From a phage, in sequence record NC_135731.1: a DNA stretch of 64,000 bases; one strand, written 5' to 3'. Every line of letters begins with the position of its first letter. Positions within the stretch are counted from its first letter, which is position 1. The translations under genes were made by a program, and so were the position numbers. Below, piece by piece: positions 10,689 through 20,610 of the stretch. The notes under the pieces are model-generated. The model did no database searches, was not told where the DNA came from, and was given only the letters and a program-made list of their open reading frames with translations.

Positions 10689-13600
10689 TTACTTCAGTTT
10701 CTCTTGCAACCCAGCAACAACCTCTGTCAATTTTTTAACCTGCTCCTCAAGGGCGGTTATTTTATCGTCCTGTTCCCTGCAAACCTGGACAAGCAAGCCT
10801 GTTACAGCTGCGTAATCCACGCTGTAGAATCTTTCCTCTGTTATTAAAGGAGTTCCATCCTGATCAGGGTTTGGGATTTCCTTTCTTTGCACGAAAGAGC
10901 TAACTGCTTCCGGCAGCGCTTCAAGCACTTCTTGTGCTATAACACCTGCATAAGGCATACCGTTCTCTTTAAGAGTGTAAGTATAACCCTTCATCTTCCG
11001 GATAGCTTCTAACGCATCAGGAATAACAGATATGTTATCTTTCAGGTCTCTGTCAGAACTCTGATTGACAGATGTGCAATTCACAGCACCGTTTACAGAA
11101 AGATATCTTGATTTATCCGGCAAGGTACCGCAATGCCATACCCAATTTGCTTGAGACTCGTCACGAACCTTAAACTCTAACACGTTTGGACGATCCCCTG
11201 TGCTGCCGTTACCCCAATAATGGAGTACAGCATCATCCTTGGGTAAGCCATCTGCGTTGGAGGGAAGACCATTAGCACCGATATGAATTTCCAGTTGATT
11301 ACTGGTTTCACCAAAAATGTGATTAGGTCTTAACTGAATGCCCTTACCAGCATCGTGTCTCCATTCTTCCCAAGTAAAGACATCGCCAACGTAGTTACCA
11401 GCACGAGTATATCTGTCACCAAAATAGGTGATATATTCCTGCACACAACCTTGAGGTCTGTTAGCTGTGTTTTTGTAAACAAGCAGTGTACCAGCGTACG
11501 GAGCAGGGTAGTGGCGATCTGTTACAAGTGCGTCAGCGTTTGAACCCTGGTGATAGAAACCTTCACGGCTACCATCGTAGTCATTAAGGTCTTCTGTCCC
11601 TAGACCTTGACCACGGTGCTGAATAACTTTGTTCCACGCCCTGTGGTTTCCCTGCTCTATGGAACGAGTGTACAACTGGTCTAAACGACCTGCCATCTGG
11701 AAAGCGTAGTTTCCAGAAAATGCCACAGACAGTCCGCCAACAACCATTGAACCTTCAGGTCCGTTGACGTTGCCAGCCAGTATTTTGGATGGGTTGTTAG
11801 GCCCAAACTGGTTGTTCCAGTCTGCACCCGTATGACATACAAAACCACCTGGTGCCGAGAAAGTACCATCTTTGTTGAAATTGTAGAATCTGTGAGCAGA
11901 ACCTACAACATCACGAACAATAACTTGACCAGCCTCTGGAGTAGATCTGAACTCTGCCTGACCTTTGAGACCAGCACCATTACCGCATTTGGAGGTAAAC
12001 GTACCGTTAGTCAGATCCTCTGTCCCATCTGATGCACACTGGAAGCCTGCATTAGAGAATAACGCCTTTCTAGGACTGCCGTAGCACAAATAGTCAAGAC
12101 CGTCGGCGCATAGCTCGACTTTTGGCATATTCATTTTGCTCATCACAGCATAGCGTTCAGCAGTGCCTATATAGTGCCACTGTGTGCCGCCACCAGTGTA
12201 GAACCCTGAAGTCCCTTTGAAGTCAACAATAGGTCTGGTGTTGGTATTATTATCTCCAAGAACAGCAAGATTCAAATCTGCTGACTGGAGAGGTGCAACG
12301 AACTTAACACCGTCCTGATTGTCTGTTACAGAGCCAACCTGGTAATCTTGCTCCCTGGTAAACACCTCGACAACATTTCTACTTGCGTATATGCTGACAG
12401 GGAAAGCACGCGCCTCTGCATAGAAAGCAACATATTCTTGTTTACCCCTTGTTGGAGCAACCATCCCAAGAAGTGCTTTTTCATTCTGGTAGAAATTTAC
12501 TACCCCGTAGAAAGAGTCTCCTCTGTCTGTCCAACCACCAGTTCTATAGTGACACTGCAGAGTCGCACAGTTCATAGGGTCACTGCCGGATGACGATCTG
12601 GTAACTATGGTAATATCAGTGCCAGTTGCTGGAGCATAGTACGGATCTGTTCTGACGATAATTGGGTAGTATTTCCCATCTTCCATCCCTGCGGTTCTTG
12701 GCAGTGTTAAGAAGTCTTTTACACCTGCTGCTATAGGAACTTTGAACAGATTCTGAGCATCTGCTAAAGTTGTGGCCCCAGTACCACCTGCGGCGTGAGG
12801 TAAAGGTTCCCACTTGGCCTTCCGGTTGTTATAAACACCCCATTCCAGAGTGCCGTTACCGGATTCATCCATCCCGCCATCCCAGATGACCATCTTGGCG
12901 GCTTTCTTGGATCCCCAGAAGCCTCTTTCTGCTCCTGAACTGCGGATCCACTCTCCAAGTCCCCAGTTTGTCAGCTGACCAGTAAGATCCCCAACCTGCA
13001 TGTATTTAGGACAATCTAAGACCCCATCCTCACGGAATCCTAAATATCTATGAGTTTCAGATCCTTTTGCGCCTTTGTGCAGGTGGATTGTCAACCAAGC
13101 TTTGTTATCGTTCCTTACCTCAGAGTAAATCCTATACCCATGCTCAAGGACACCATCAGCGCTGTATTTGTCTCCGTTAACAATACCTGATGCTGACTTA
13201 ACATCAGCAGAACTTTGAGACAGGTAAAGGTGACCGAAGGTAGGGGAGTTTCTAGACCCGAGACCGATGTGCGCTCTAAAGGTCTCATCGTTACGAGGTC
13301 TGACCATCGGCTGCCATGCAGTCCACTGATTTGTGTCGGCCTGATAGGTTCTCAAATACCAAACATCTACGTTAGAGAATGGATAGTATTCCTGACGACA
13401 ACCTGTACCGCCGTTAGCATTGTTCTGCCAAACAATCAAGTGACCAGCACCAGAACCTGCAGGGTATCCATTTGCCTCAGTTGCATAAGCAGTCATTGGC
13501 TGGTAGTATACACCATCCTGATTACCAGTCAAGTTATTGATATTGAAATTTGGCTCAAGGGCTGCACGTTGCTTATAGAAAGCACCGATATTGATACGGA

Positions 13601-14495
13601 TTCCAGCGGCATCTCTAGCCCCTGTGCCGCCCTGCTCTATAGCAAGAGGCTGCCAAGAAGCTGTTTGTTGGTTCCACATACCCCAACGGCCTGTTGCATC
13701 AAGCTGCAAGTACCCTGCCGTGTTTAAATCATCTCCAGCACGGATAACTGTTCTTGTTGGATTATTTGCCTCTAGGCGTTTAAATTCATCACGAAGTGCT
13801 ATTCTTTTTGTTGTTGCTACACCGTTGGTTACTGCGATGGTATACATTGCTCCGGAGGTAGCTCCACGGAAAATACCATCAACAGTTGTAGTATCACGAC
13901 GAGATACCACACCGTTCAGAAATTTTTCACCAGCTGCTACAGAAGGATAGTTGGTGGTTCTTCCCTCTTCAATAACTGCAGGGCCAACAAAGTTATCAAG
14001 GTGGATAACATCGCCTACAGTGTGCACTGTACCAAAATCTACACGCTGTGCAAGTGCTTTAGCATCGTTAGCTGTCTGAACAGTAACATCCATTACATCC
14101 TGGACAGACTGACCTTCAGCTGTCATAATCATGGATGCGCCAATGGTAGATTCCAGCTCCTCTCTCAATGATGGATCTGTATATACCATCCATGCAGCGT
14201 CAGTAATCCCACCATCGGAGTACGGTGAAGACAATGCAGGAACAGTGTGCGGAAATTCGCCTTTCCAACGCAGGTAGAGGTCTTCCTCTTCGAAGTAGGC
14301 AAAATCCATTGGGCCGTTTAACTTACCACCTTCCTTAAAGGAGATTACATGAGAAACAGTCCCATCCACATGGACAACATCGCCAATTTTTACACGACGG
14401 GTCAGGTCTGGTTGTTGAACAACCAGGTAATCATCCTCTGTCACTGCGGTAGTGGCAGGAAGAGATTCAATTCTGACAACTTTAATATCAGCCAT
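10689..14495 (-). CDS. long tail fibre with C-terminal intramolecular chaperone (peptidase S74-like) domain
   Basis: 1268 aa; C-terminal ~120 aa show the auto-cleaving chaperone signature (SSDRDLKDNISVIPDALEAIRKMKGYTYTLKENG...) followed by a coiled coil; N-terminal ~110 aa homologous to the 222-aa protein at 17130..17798. Confidence 0.8.
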   Translation of the reverse strand: MADIKVVRIESLPATTAVTEDDYLVVQQPDLTRRVKIGDVVHVDGTVSHVISFKEGGKLNGPMDFAYFEEEDLYLRWKGEFPHTVPALSSPYSDGGITDAAWMVYTDPSLREELESTIGASMIMTAEGQSVQDVMDVTVQTANDAKALAQRVDFGTVHTVGDVIHLDNFVGPAVIEEGRTTNYPSVAAGEKFLNGVVSRRDTTTVDGIFRGATSGAMYTIAVTNGVATTKRIALRDEFKRLEANNPTRTVIRAGDDLNTAGYLQLDATGRWGMWNQQTASWQPLAIEQGGTGARDAAGIRINIGAFYKQRAALEPNFNINNLTGNQDGVYYQPMTAYATEANGYPAGSGAGHLIVWQNNANGGTGCRQEYYPFSNVDVWYLRTYQADTNQWTAWQPMVRPRNDETFRAHIGLGSRNSPTFGHLYLSQSSADVKSASGIVNGDKYSADGVLEHGYRIYSEVRNDNKAWLTIHLHKGAKGSETHRYLGFREDGVLDCPKYMQVGDLTGQLTNWGLGEWIRSSGAERGFWGSKKAAKMVIWDGGMDESGNGTLEWGVYNNRKAKWEPLPHAAGGTGATTLADAQNLFKVPIAAGVKDFLTLPRTAGMEDGKYYPIIVRTDPYYAPATGTDITIVTRSSSGSDPMNCATLQCHYRTGGWTDRGDSFYGVVNFYQNEKALLGMVAPTRGKQEYVAFYAEARAFPVSIYASRNVVEVFTREQDYQVGSVTDNQDGVKFVAPLQSADLNLAVLGDNNTNTRPIVDFKGTSGFYTGGGTQWHYIGTAERYAVMSKMNMPKVELCADGLDYLCYGSPRKALFSNAGFQCASDGTEDLTNGTFTSKCGNGAGLKGQAEFRSTPEAGQVIVRDVVGSAHRFYNFNKDGTFSAPGGFVCHTGADWNNQFGPNNPSKILAGNVNGPEGSMVVGGLSVAFSGNYAFQMAGRLDQLYTRSIEQGNHRAWNKVIQHRGQGLGTEDLNDYDGSREGFYHQGSNADALVTDRHYPAPYAGTLLVYKNTANRPQGCVQEYITYFGDRYTRAGNYVGDVFTWEEWRHDAGKGIQLRPNHIFGETSNQLEIHIGANGLPSNADGLPKDDAVLHYWGNGSTGDRPNVLEFKVRDESQANWVWHCGTLPDKSRYLSVNGAVNCTSVNQSSDRDLKDNISVIPDALEAIRKMKGYTYTLKENGMPYAGVIAQEVLEALPEAVSSFVQRKEIPNPDQDGTPLITEERFYSVDYAAVTGLLVQVCREQDDKITALEEQVKKLTEVVAGLQEKLK

Positions 14496-14530
14496 TCTTT
14501 CTCCTGAAAGGGGGCAAACAGCCCCCTATG

Positions 14531-17128
14531 TTAAAGGTACAATCCACGGTATTGAGCATAAAGGCCCAGACCGCGAAGGATTTCGCCAGAGTGATAGCCA
14601 ACCGGATCAGAAACTGCCCAGCAGCCGTTTAAAACATTATCACCATTGATGAAGTGGTGCTTTTGCAGTAGCTTCACACAGGCCTCTACAACAATATCTA
14701 TTTGAGGTATTGTCTCTGAATACCCGCACAGACCTAGCCAGCAGCAACCTGCAAGCCATTCACCTACCACCCACATCCTGTCTCCTCTGTCCTGATAAGA
14801 ATATCCCCCCGAGGTGTTAAAGTCTGTAGGTAGATTTCCTGAATGAGATGACTGGAATCTGTTGAGGAACCATGCCCATTTCTGGCAGAACAGGAATAGT
14901 CTTTCATCAACAGGTTCTTTATGTTTCTTGAGCTCATATATTGTGCGGCACGCAGCAACAAAAGATCTTGACTGGAGCTTAGAGTTATCTACCATCTCCC
15001 ACCAACCAGTCAGCCCTTCATTACCTCTTTGCCATACATAACGTGAGGCAACTGGACCCTCTGTCTTAAATGTATTATTATACCAGACTTGAGCGTCATA
15101 CAGAAAGCCTATTGTATTTGACAATCTATGGCGATCTATGTTTTCTGCACCCATGCAGTATACTGCTGGGTATTGCATGCCTGGGTAGGGCCAATTTGGC
15201 CTTTCCTCTAAGAGATAGTTTTCCTTATCTATCACCTTTCCGGCAGGGAACACACCTGGTGTGTGCCTGTATGCACCTTGCTTGTAGTTTCTGACATAGC
15301 AATCGCCAACCTTAGCGGTTGATTCTGTCTTGCTTGCCATCCACACGCTAAACCAGATTAGATAAGCATCCCTATCTGCAATATAGAATTGCGGCAGCGT
15401 GTTGACGCAATACAGATCAAACAAGCCATTACCTATCTGCCTGTCGCTTAGGCTGAAATCTACAGAGGTGAGTCCCTTAGGATTAGCAAAGAAAGGTTTA
15501 ATCTCTTCTTCAGTGTGATGAGGTTGTGTCGGATCTAGTTTGAAATCTCCTAGAGTAAGAGTTTCTGTTATCCATTGTCCATTAGTGGCATATAGATCAG
15601 CATACCATAACCACCTGTCTTTGTCAAGAAATTTGACCCTTACCATCTCATCATCTGATCGATAAGTTACTGAGTTTAAAGAAATCTCTCTTCCAAAATT
15701 GAAAGTTACTTTGCCTCTTGCTATATTACAACGGGTGAAGTTGTCAGAGTGGTTGTAAATGTCAGTATCGTACTGCATACTAACACTGGCACCACCGCTC
15801 ACGGCAATATTTTCCTCTTTAGGTAAGAGGTACGGATTACCGTCTTTACCAACTACCTCTACGAAATCAGTAACCTTGGCAACTATTTCTGTTACCTCTG
15901 CCCCTCCAAAAGGAACCCCTATCCTGTACTGTTTTTTGTTATTGTTGCCATCATTAAGGATGAAATGTGGCTGGAACAGAACCCCTTCTCCTCCGAAATT
16001 CATAACAATTTCAGCATCTCTGCCTATTTTATATGTAGTCCCTTTTTGAATTATTTCGCAAGGCTGGCGTGCGTTCATCCTAAAATTGATATACCCGTCA
16101 CTGTCCCTACTCATGACAGGAACTGTTCCTGCAACAAGACAAGTACCATCTGTGAACGGTGCCTTAATCAACGTGGTCTTTCTAAACAACTTGTCGTAGG
16201 CGTTTATATCACTGAAATTAAGCAACTTGTTGTAAGACTGTTTAAACGCGGTGTAATACTTTTCCTCACCTGTCAAGGTGTAGAGTTGATAACAAGCGTC
16301 ACACCACATTTCTTCCCCGTCCAACTCTGGGGCCTGATTATCTGCAACCACGTTTATAGGATTTACAATTACAGGGGATCCAGCAGGTATCACCGATCCA
16401 CCCTGCTCTTGAGGTAATCTTACACAATAGGTCACCTTGTGGCTTCCTGTAACACCCTTATCTTGTAATTGGATTGTGCCGAACTCTATAGACGTATGCC
16501 CACTGTCGGCTATGCTCCCGTTAGCCCAATAGCGGTTACCATCCCATGCTATGTACCACTCAACCCACCAACTTAATCCTGATGTTGTCCAATCTGGGTT
16601 AGCATCTGTGCCACCGTAAACATCAGAGTCTACAGTGTTTCTTCCTAACACACCGTTATACGCTTGGAATGCCTTGTCCAGGTATTCCCCCCATGTCGGA
16701 GCTCCCGCTGGGATTTTTCCTCTACCGTTGGTAAAAGACACCACCACATCTTTAAACCCACCGTGTGATGGAACCCCATCTGTGGATAGAGGGTAGTGGG
16801 ACAATCTTTGCATTTTACTTTCTACGGCATATGCACCCAGAAGATGACTATTGTAAGCTTCCCAAGCATCTTTTGCCCTATCCAGATAGAAATCGCTTTT
16901 CGATGCCCTGTATGCTTCAATGTATCCCAGAATCAACACAGCTTGGGACTCATGCATTGCCCAATCGTTATTTATCTTATTACCTGCCCACCCTGCAGCT
17001 ATAAGACCATCAGGGTTTACTAGCTTATTTTGTGTAGGTGTGTTGGTAATACCTGTGTTGTTATCGAGGCACTTCCTGTGCCCCTCAATCATCTGAAATA
17101 CGTTATCAATGTTGTGTTGAATACGCAT
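14531..17128 (-). CDS. large virion protein, possible carbohydrate-active (depolymerase-like) tail protein
   Basis: 865-aa ORF immediately downstream of and overlapping the 222-aa anchor-domain protein (start 17128, upstream stop 17130); helix-rich N-terminal part gives a weak impression of an (alpha/alpha) toroid glycosidase; not verified. Confidence 0.35.
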   Translation of the reverse strand: MRIQHNIDNVFQMIEGHRKCLDNNTGITNTPTQNKLVNPDGLIAAGWAGNKINNDWAMHESQAVLILGYIEAYRASKSDFYLDRAKDAWEAYNSHLLGAYAVESKMQRLSHYPLSTDGVPSHGGFKDVVVSFTNGRGKIPAGAPTWGEYLDKAFQAYNGVLGRNTVDSDVYGGTDANPDWTTSGLSWWVEWYIAWDGNRYWANGSIADSGHTSIEFGTIQLQDKGVTGSHKVTYCVRLPQEQGGSVIPAGSPVIVNPINVVADNQAPELDGEEMWCDACYQLYTLTGEEKYYTAFKQSYNKLLNFSDINAYDKLFRKTTLIKAPFTDGTCLVAGTVPVMSRDSDGYINFRMNARQPCEIIQKGTTYKIGRDAEIVMNFGGEGVLFQPHFILNDGNNNKKQYRIGVPFGGAEVTEIVAKVTDFVEVVGKDGNPYLLPKEENIAVSGGASVSMQYDTDIYNHSDNFTRCNIARGKVTFNFGREISLNSVTYRSDDEMVRVKFLDKDRWLWYADLYATNGQWITETLTLGDFKLDPTQPHHTEEEIKPFFANPKGLTSVDFSLSDRQIGNGLFDLYCVNTLPQFYIADRDAYLIWFSVWMASKTESTAKVGDCYVRNYKQGAYRHTPGVFPAGKVIDKENYLLEERPNWPYPGMQYPAVYCMGAENIDRHRLSNTIGFLYDAQVWYNNTFKTEGPVASRYVWQRGNEGLTGWWEMVDNSKLQSRSFVAACRTIYELKKHKEPVDERLFLFCQKWAWFLNRFQSSHSGNLPTDFNTSGGYSYQDRGDRMWVVGEWLAGCCWLGLCGYSETIPQIDIVVEACVKLLQKHHFINGDNVLNGCWAVSDPVGYHSGEILRGLGLYAQYRGLYL

Positions 17129-17129
17129 C

Positions 17130-17798
17130 TTAGATAGCTCCTGCGATAATCAGTGCCCCGTACCAAGTTAACCCGTTGTCGTAGGTTTCCAACTTGAAAA
17201 TGTCTGTTGCACCAGCTGTAAATGTTAGGATAGGATCTCTTCCGTAGGACCATTTAACATTACCAGGCCAATAGACTTTGTTGCCGCCAGAGGTCTGAGT
17301 AATGCATACGGTTATAGTTCTCGCCACCCCTTCAAGACCTTCTGTTTGATTTTCAAAAGAGATTGTGGTATTTGAAGTTAGTCGAACCTTAAAGGTATCC
17401 GCAACTTCAAGATCCATATCAAGCTGACCACCGATAGATCCGTAATCAACTATTCTGCCAGAAGAAGTTGCAGCAAGCTCACCAAAAACAGACCAGGCGT
17501 TTGCAGACACACCCCCAGCACCCTCTACAGTGGAGTCTGGGAGGATTATTTTAGGATAATCCCCGTTCCACGTGTAGTAGCGCTTAGTTTCTGGATCATA
17601 AGCAAAGTCCTTCTTGCTCTTAAGATAACCACCCTCTGTGAAATAGACTATTTTAGTAATGCTGAGATCGTTGACAACATCATCAATCTTAGCCTTTCTT
17701 GTCCCATCAGTCTGGTTGACAACCAAGAAGTCATCACTCAGGACTGTTTCTGCATCTTCAAGATCTGGAATTGGTATTGTAGGATAAGCTACAGCCAT
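17130..17798 (-). CDS. receptor-binding-protein anchor-domain protein
   Basis: 222 aa; N-terminal ~110 aa align with the N-terminus of the 1268-aa fibre (DDFLVVNQTDGTRKAKIDDVV / DDYLVVQQPDLTRRVKIGDVV; FTEGGYL..DFAY / FKEGGKL..DFAY). Confidence 0.5.
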   Translation of the reverse strand: MAVAYPTIPIPDLEDAETVLSDDFLVVNQTDGTRKAKIDDVVNDLSITKIVYFTEGGYLKSKKDFAYDPETKRYYTWNGDYPKIILPDSTVEGAGGVSANAWSVFGELAATSSGRIVDYGSIGGQLDMDLEVADTFKVRLTSNTTISFENQTEGLEGVARTITVCITQTSGGNKVYWPGNVKWSYGRDPILTFTAGATDIFKLETYDNGLTWYGALIIAGAI

Positions 17799-17807
17799 GA
17801 TTTCTCC

Positions 17808-18524
17808 TTAGTTAACATCAATAGCACGACCAGACTGGTTGGCAATAGCCTCATCATTGGAGGTAGCAATAACACCAGAGTATTCGCGCTCATCTGGAGC
17901 AAGCGTCCAGGTATTGCGGTTAATGGTTTGTTCTGCCTCAGTCATCAGCAGATCTTTATCCTGAGTCAACAGAGAGCCTACAGGGATCGGGTTTTCCATC
18001 TCAGGACCAGCATACTGGTTCCACCATGTGGCATCTCCGGTTCTAGGCAATCTGAAGTTGATCAGGTAGTACAGTTTATTAGCCCACTTAATCCAACCCT
18101 CATCATCACAGAGAGAGGTTGTCCCAGAATCAGGTTGTGGGTAGGTAAACTGATCAAGACCTACGAAAGCCAGCCTTACAATCTCGTTCTCTTTGGTAAC
18201 AACCTCAAAGAACGCTTGGTATGTTCTCGATCTTCGATCCATGGTAGACTGGAAGTTTACGATGTTTAGCACATCCGGCTCTTGTCTTGCCACTTCCATA
18301 ATCTTGTTATCAAGAACAGTCTTCATGACCTTCTTACTGAGAAAGTCCATATAAGGGAAGCCAAACAACTCGTCAAAGTACCAGCTCCCCTTCCACGTAT
18401 TAAACCTCATCCACAAGCGCTGGCGCAGACTTACCTGGTTTGAATCTATCAACTCAAGACCTTTGTCTATCGCCAAATCACCTGTCTGTGGGTCCATCAA
18501 TATATCACTATAAAGCGTAGCCAT
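17808..18524 (-). CDS. baseplate wedge protein (gp25/W-like)
   Basis: 238 aa; N-terminal region resembles gpW/gp25-type baseplate proteins (LRQRLWMRFNTWKGSWYFDELFGFPY); position between spike and fibre genes. Confidence 0.4.
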   Translation of the reverse strand: MATLYSDILMDPQTGDLAIDKGLELIDSNQVSLRQRLWMRFNTWKGSWYFDELFGFPYMDFLSKKVMKTVLDNKIMEVARQEPDVLNIVNFQSTMDRRSRTYQAFFEVVTKENEIVRLAFVGLDQFTYPQPDSGTTSLCDDEGWIKWANKLYYLINFRLPRTGDATWWNQYAGPEMENPIPVGSLLTQDKDLLMTEAEQTINRNTWTLAPDEREYSGVIATSNDEAIANQSGRAIDVN

Positions 18525-18536
18525 GAAAGCCCTCTA

Positions 18537-19214
18537 TTAGTGCGGTCCACTTGTCTCGCCATCAGGGCAAGAGTGGGTATGACCTTTATATTCTGCATAG
18601 AATGAATCCAAATCCACACCAGCAGCAGTTATAATTCTACCAGATGGGTCTATTGTGGCACCATTCATTCTGATATTTCCATCCACAGCAGCTCGCAAAT
18701 TGGCAGCACCGTTAGTGAAAGAAAACTCCCCGCTGCTGTCGCACCGTAATGTCCCACCCGGTGTTTGAAGCTCAAAATCTCCAGAAGGTGTCAGTTTAAA
18801 ATAGACCTTATCATTCCATAACTCTACGTTATCAGGATCGATCTGTAAAGCGTTTGAGTCTGAATGAACAGAGGTTATTGCCCACCCAGGAAACAGGCCG
18901 TGAGTTTGTTGATCGTCGTTATTGTTTTCATTTCTCTCTGAAAACTGCAATCCTACAACATCACCAGCTTTAATAGGAAGTGTTAACCTTGCCTTTCCAC
19001 TGTTTGCAGACATCACCTGAATTGGAACGTCATAGATAAGAGGGTATCTCTCCACATCTCCATCATCAAACGTGGTTTCAGCTATTGGCTGCACGGCTGC
19101 AGAAGGGATACTGTAGTCTACACTGACAACTCTGGCCCTGATACTGGTGTGGTAGTCCCTCATTATTTTTTCTATAAAGGATCTTACAGCAGCATCTTTC
19201 CTATTTATTGCCAT
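18537..19214 (-). CDS. baseplate central spike (gpV-like)
   Basis: 225 aa; C-terminal Gly-rich beta-helix-like segment ending in a His/Cys apex motif (KGHTHSCPDGETSGPH) as in gpV/gp5-type spikes. Confidence 0.5.
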   Translation of the reverse strand: MAINRKDAAVRSFIEKIMRDYHTSIRARVVSVDYSIPSAAVQPIAETTFDDGDVERYPLIYDVPIQVMSANSGKARLTLPIKAGDVVGLQFSERNENNNDDQQTHGLFPGWAITSVHSDSNALQIDPDNVELWNDKVYFKLTPSGDFELQTPGGTLRCDSSGEFSFTNGAANLRAAVDGNIRMNGATIDPSGRIITAAGVDLDSFYAEYKGHTHSCPDGETSGPH

Positions 19215-20218
19215 TATACCTCCTCAGTTTTGTCAACAACTCCACCCACTGTTTCCCCAAGGCCAAGCTCTGTAGTGTAATCACCTCCTTCTATGGTGCC
19301 CTTATGATGCACCGTGATCACCTTATAGAATCCTGTATATTGCTTGCTTTTAAGATAAATAGTGGACTCTGGGAGGATAGCTCCGTTAAGGCATGTGGTT
19401 ACAGTAAGGCCAACATCCTCTCTCGGGTTTTTCTTTTTCTTTTTAGATGTCGAACCACCTTTGGCAGCAGCTTTAGCTTTTCGTTTTTTAGCAGGTTCTG
19501 GATTTTTAGGGGTAGGAGATCCATGCATCCCAGACTCTGCACTTATTTCAAACACAGAGTCTTTGAACCTTTTTCCAACCTTGGTCCAATACAAAGCCCC
19601 ATCCTGAACGCTAAATGTGGAGTTGGTCAGCCTTGCAAACCTGCGGAGGTTCTCTGCAGTGTTTCCAGAGAAAGCCATAGAGTATTGTAAAGTCTGGTTT
19701 CCAAAACCCACAACCCTACCTTTTGGCAAGTTCATATCCTTCAGTAGGTCATTAAGCACAGAGTTCAGAGGTGTGCCTTTCTGATAAGATCTTGTGCTTT
19801 GGCACTTAATGATGTTCTCAGTGCCATCCCCAAAGATGAACTTAGTTTTTCTGGTCGGACCTTCCCATCTGTCTTCAACAAACTCCACAGTTCCGGAGAA
19901 TATCAACTGGTTCTCATTATCATAGCCAGCTTCAAACATAACTGCAAGGGCATCGGCCTGATGCATATCCAAATAGTTAACTGTATCGTCAGACAGGTTG
20001 TAAACTGTCACATAACCTTTGTTTGGCTCTTTGGTATTGTCCTTTTGTATGTCAAACTCTATATTGGCAGCACCAGTGTCCGAGCTAACTTCATAGACTC
20101 CGGAATCACTCTCCCCTTTCTTTTCAACAGATTTTGGGATATTGGTTTTTGATTTACCACCATGTTCTACAGGACGACCAAACAATAATCGCCATGTTCT
20201 ACGTCTGTACTCTGCCAT
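19214..20218 (-). CDS. putative baseplate hub protein
   Basis: 334-aa ORF upstream of spike gene; contains a Lys-rich low-complexity segment; assignment by gene order. Confidence 0.3.
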   Translation of the reverse strand: MAEYRRRTWRLLFGRPVEHGGKSKTNIPKSVEKKGESDSGVYEVSSDTGAANIEFDIQKDNTKEPNKGYVTVYNLSDDTVNYLDMHQADALAVMFEAGYDNENQLIFSGTVEFVEDRWEGPTRKTKFIFGDGTENIIKCQSTRSYQKGTPLNSVLNDLLKDMNLPKGRVVGFGNQTLQYSMAFSGNTAENLRRFARLTNSTFSVQDGALYWTKVGKRFKDSVFEISAESGMHGSPTPKNPEPAKKRKAKAAAKGGSTSKKKKKNPREDVGLTVTTCLNGAILPESTIYLKSKQYTGFYKVITVHHKGTIEGGDYTTELGLGETVGGVVDKTEEV

Positions 20219-20598
20219 TATTCTAACCCTTGCTGTTCCTTGTAAAGATCAACCGGGGTGCCGTATACAAGTTGTAGCTCAGATCTCGCCCCAAGGTTAT
20301 ATCTTCCAACCCTGCCCCAATATTGATCGTCTTTAAACGACAGCGCCATCAGTCTACCTTTCGGTAAATCATCTCTGTAATGCAGTCCGTCTAAAATATC
20401 TTGACAAGCTGTTACTTTTCTGGTTACTAAAGGACTGTCACCTACTGGACCAAGAGATAACCACCAGGACTCATCCCTCTCATTCCATTGCATACGCATT
20501 TCATACGTTTCATTGTCTAAAACAACACGCATGGTTTGATCAGGAAAGCCGTCAATGTCCCACACAAAGGTGATTATGCACCAATCTTTAAGCTCCAT
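20218..20598 (-). CDS. hypothetical protein
   Basis: 126-aa ORF, start/stop overlap with neighbours. Confidence 0.3.
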   Translation of the reverse strand: MELKDWCIITFVWDIDGFPDQTMRVVLDNETYEMRMQWNERDESWWLSLGPVGDSPLVTRKVTACQDILDGLHYRDDLPKGRLMALSFKDDQYWGRVGRYNLGARSELQLVYGTPVDLYKEQQGLE

Positions 20599-20610
20599 TA
20601 TACGCTCCCC

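Noticed and set aside
11355-13950. Several 60-170-aa ORFs on the plus strand within 10689..14495
   Set aside because: All embedded antisense within the 1268-aa fibre gene; no RBS and no motifs.
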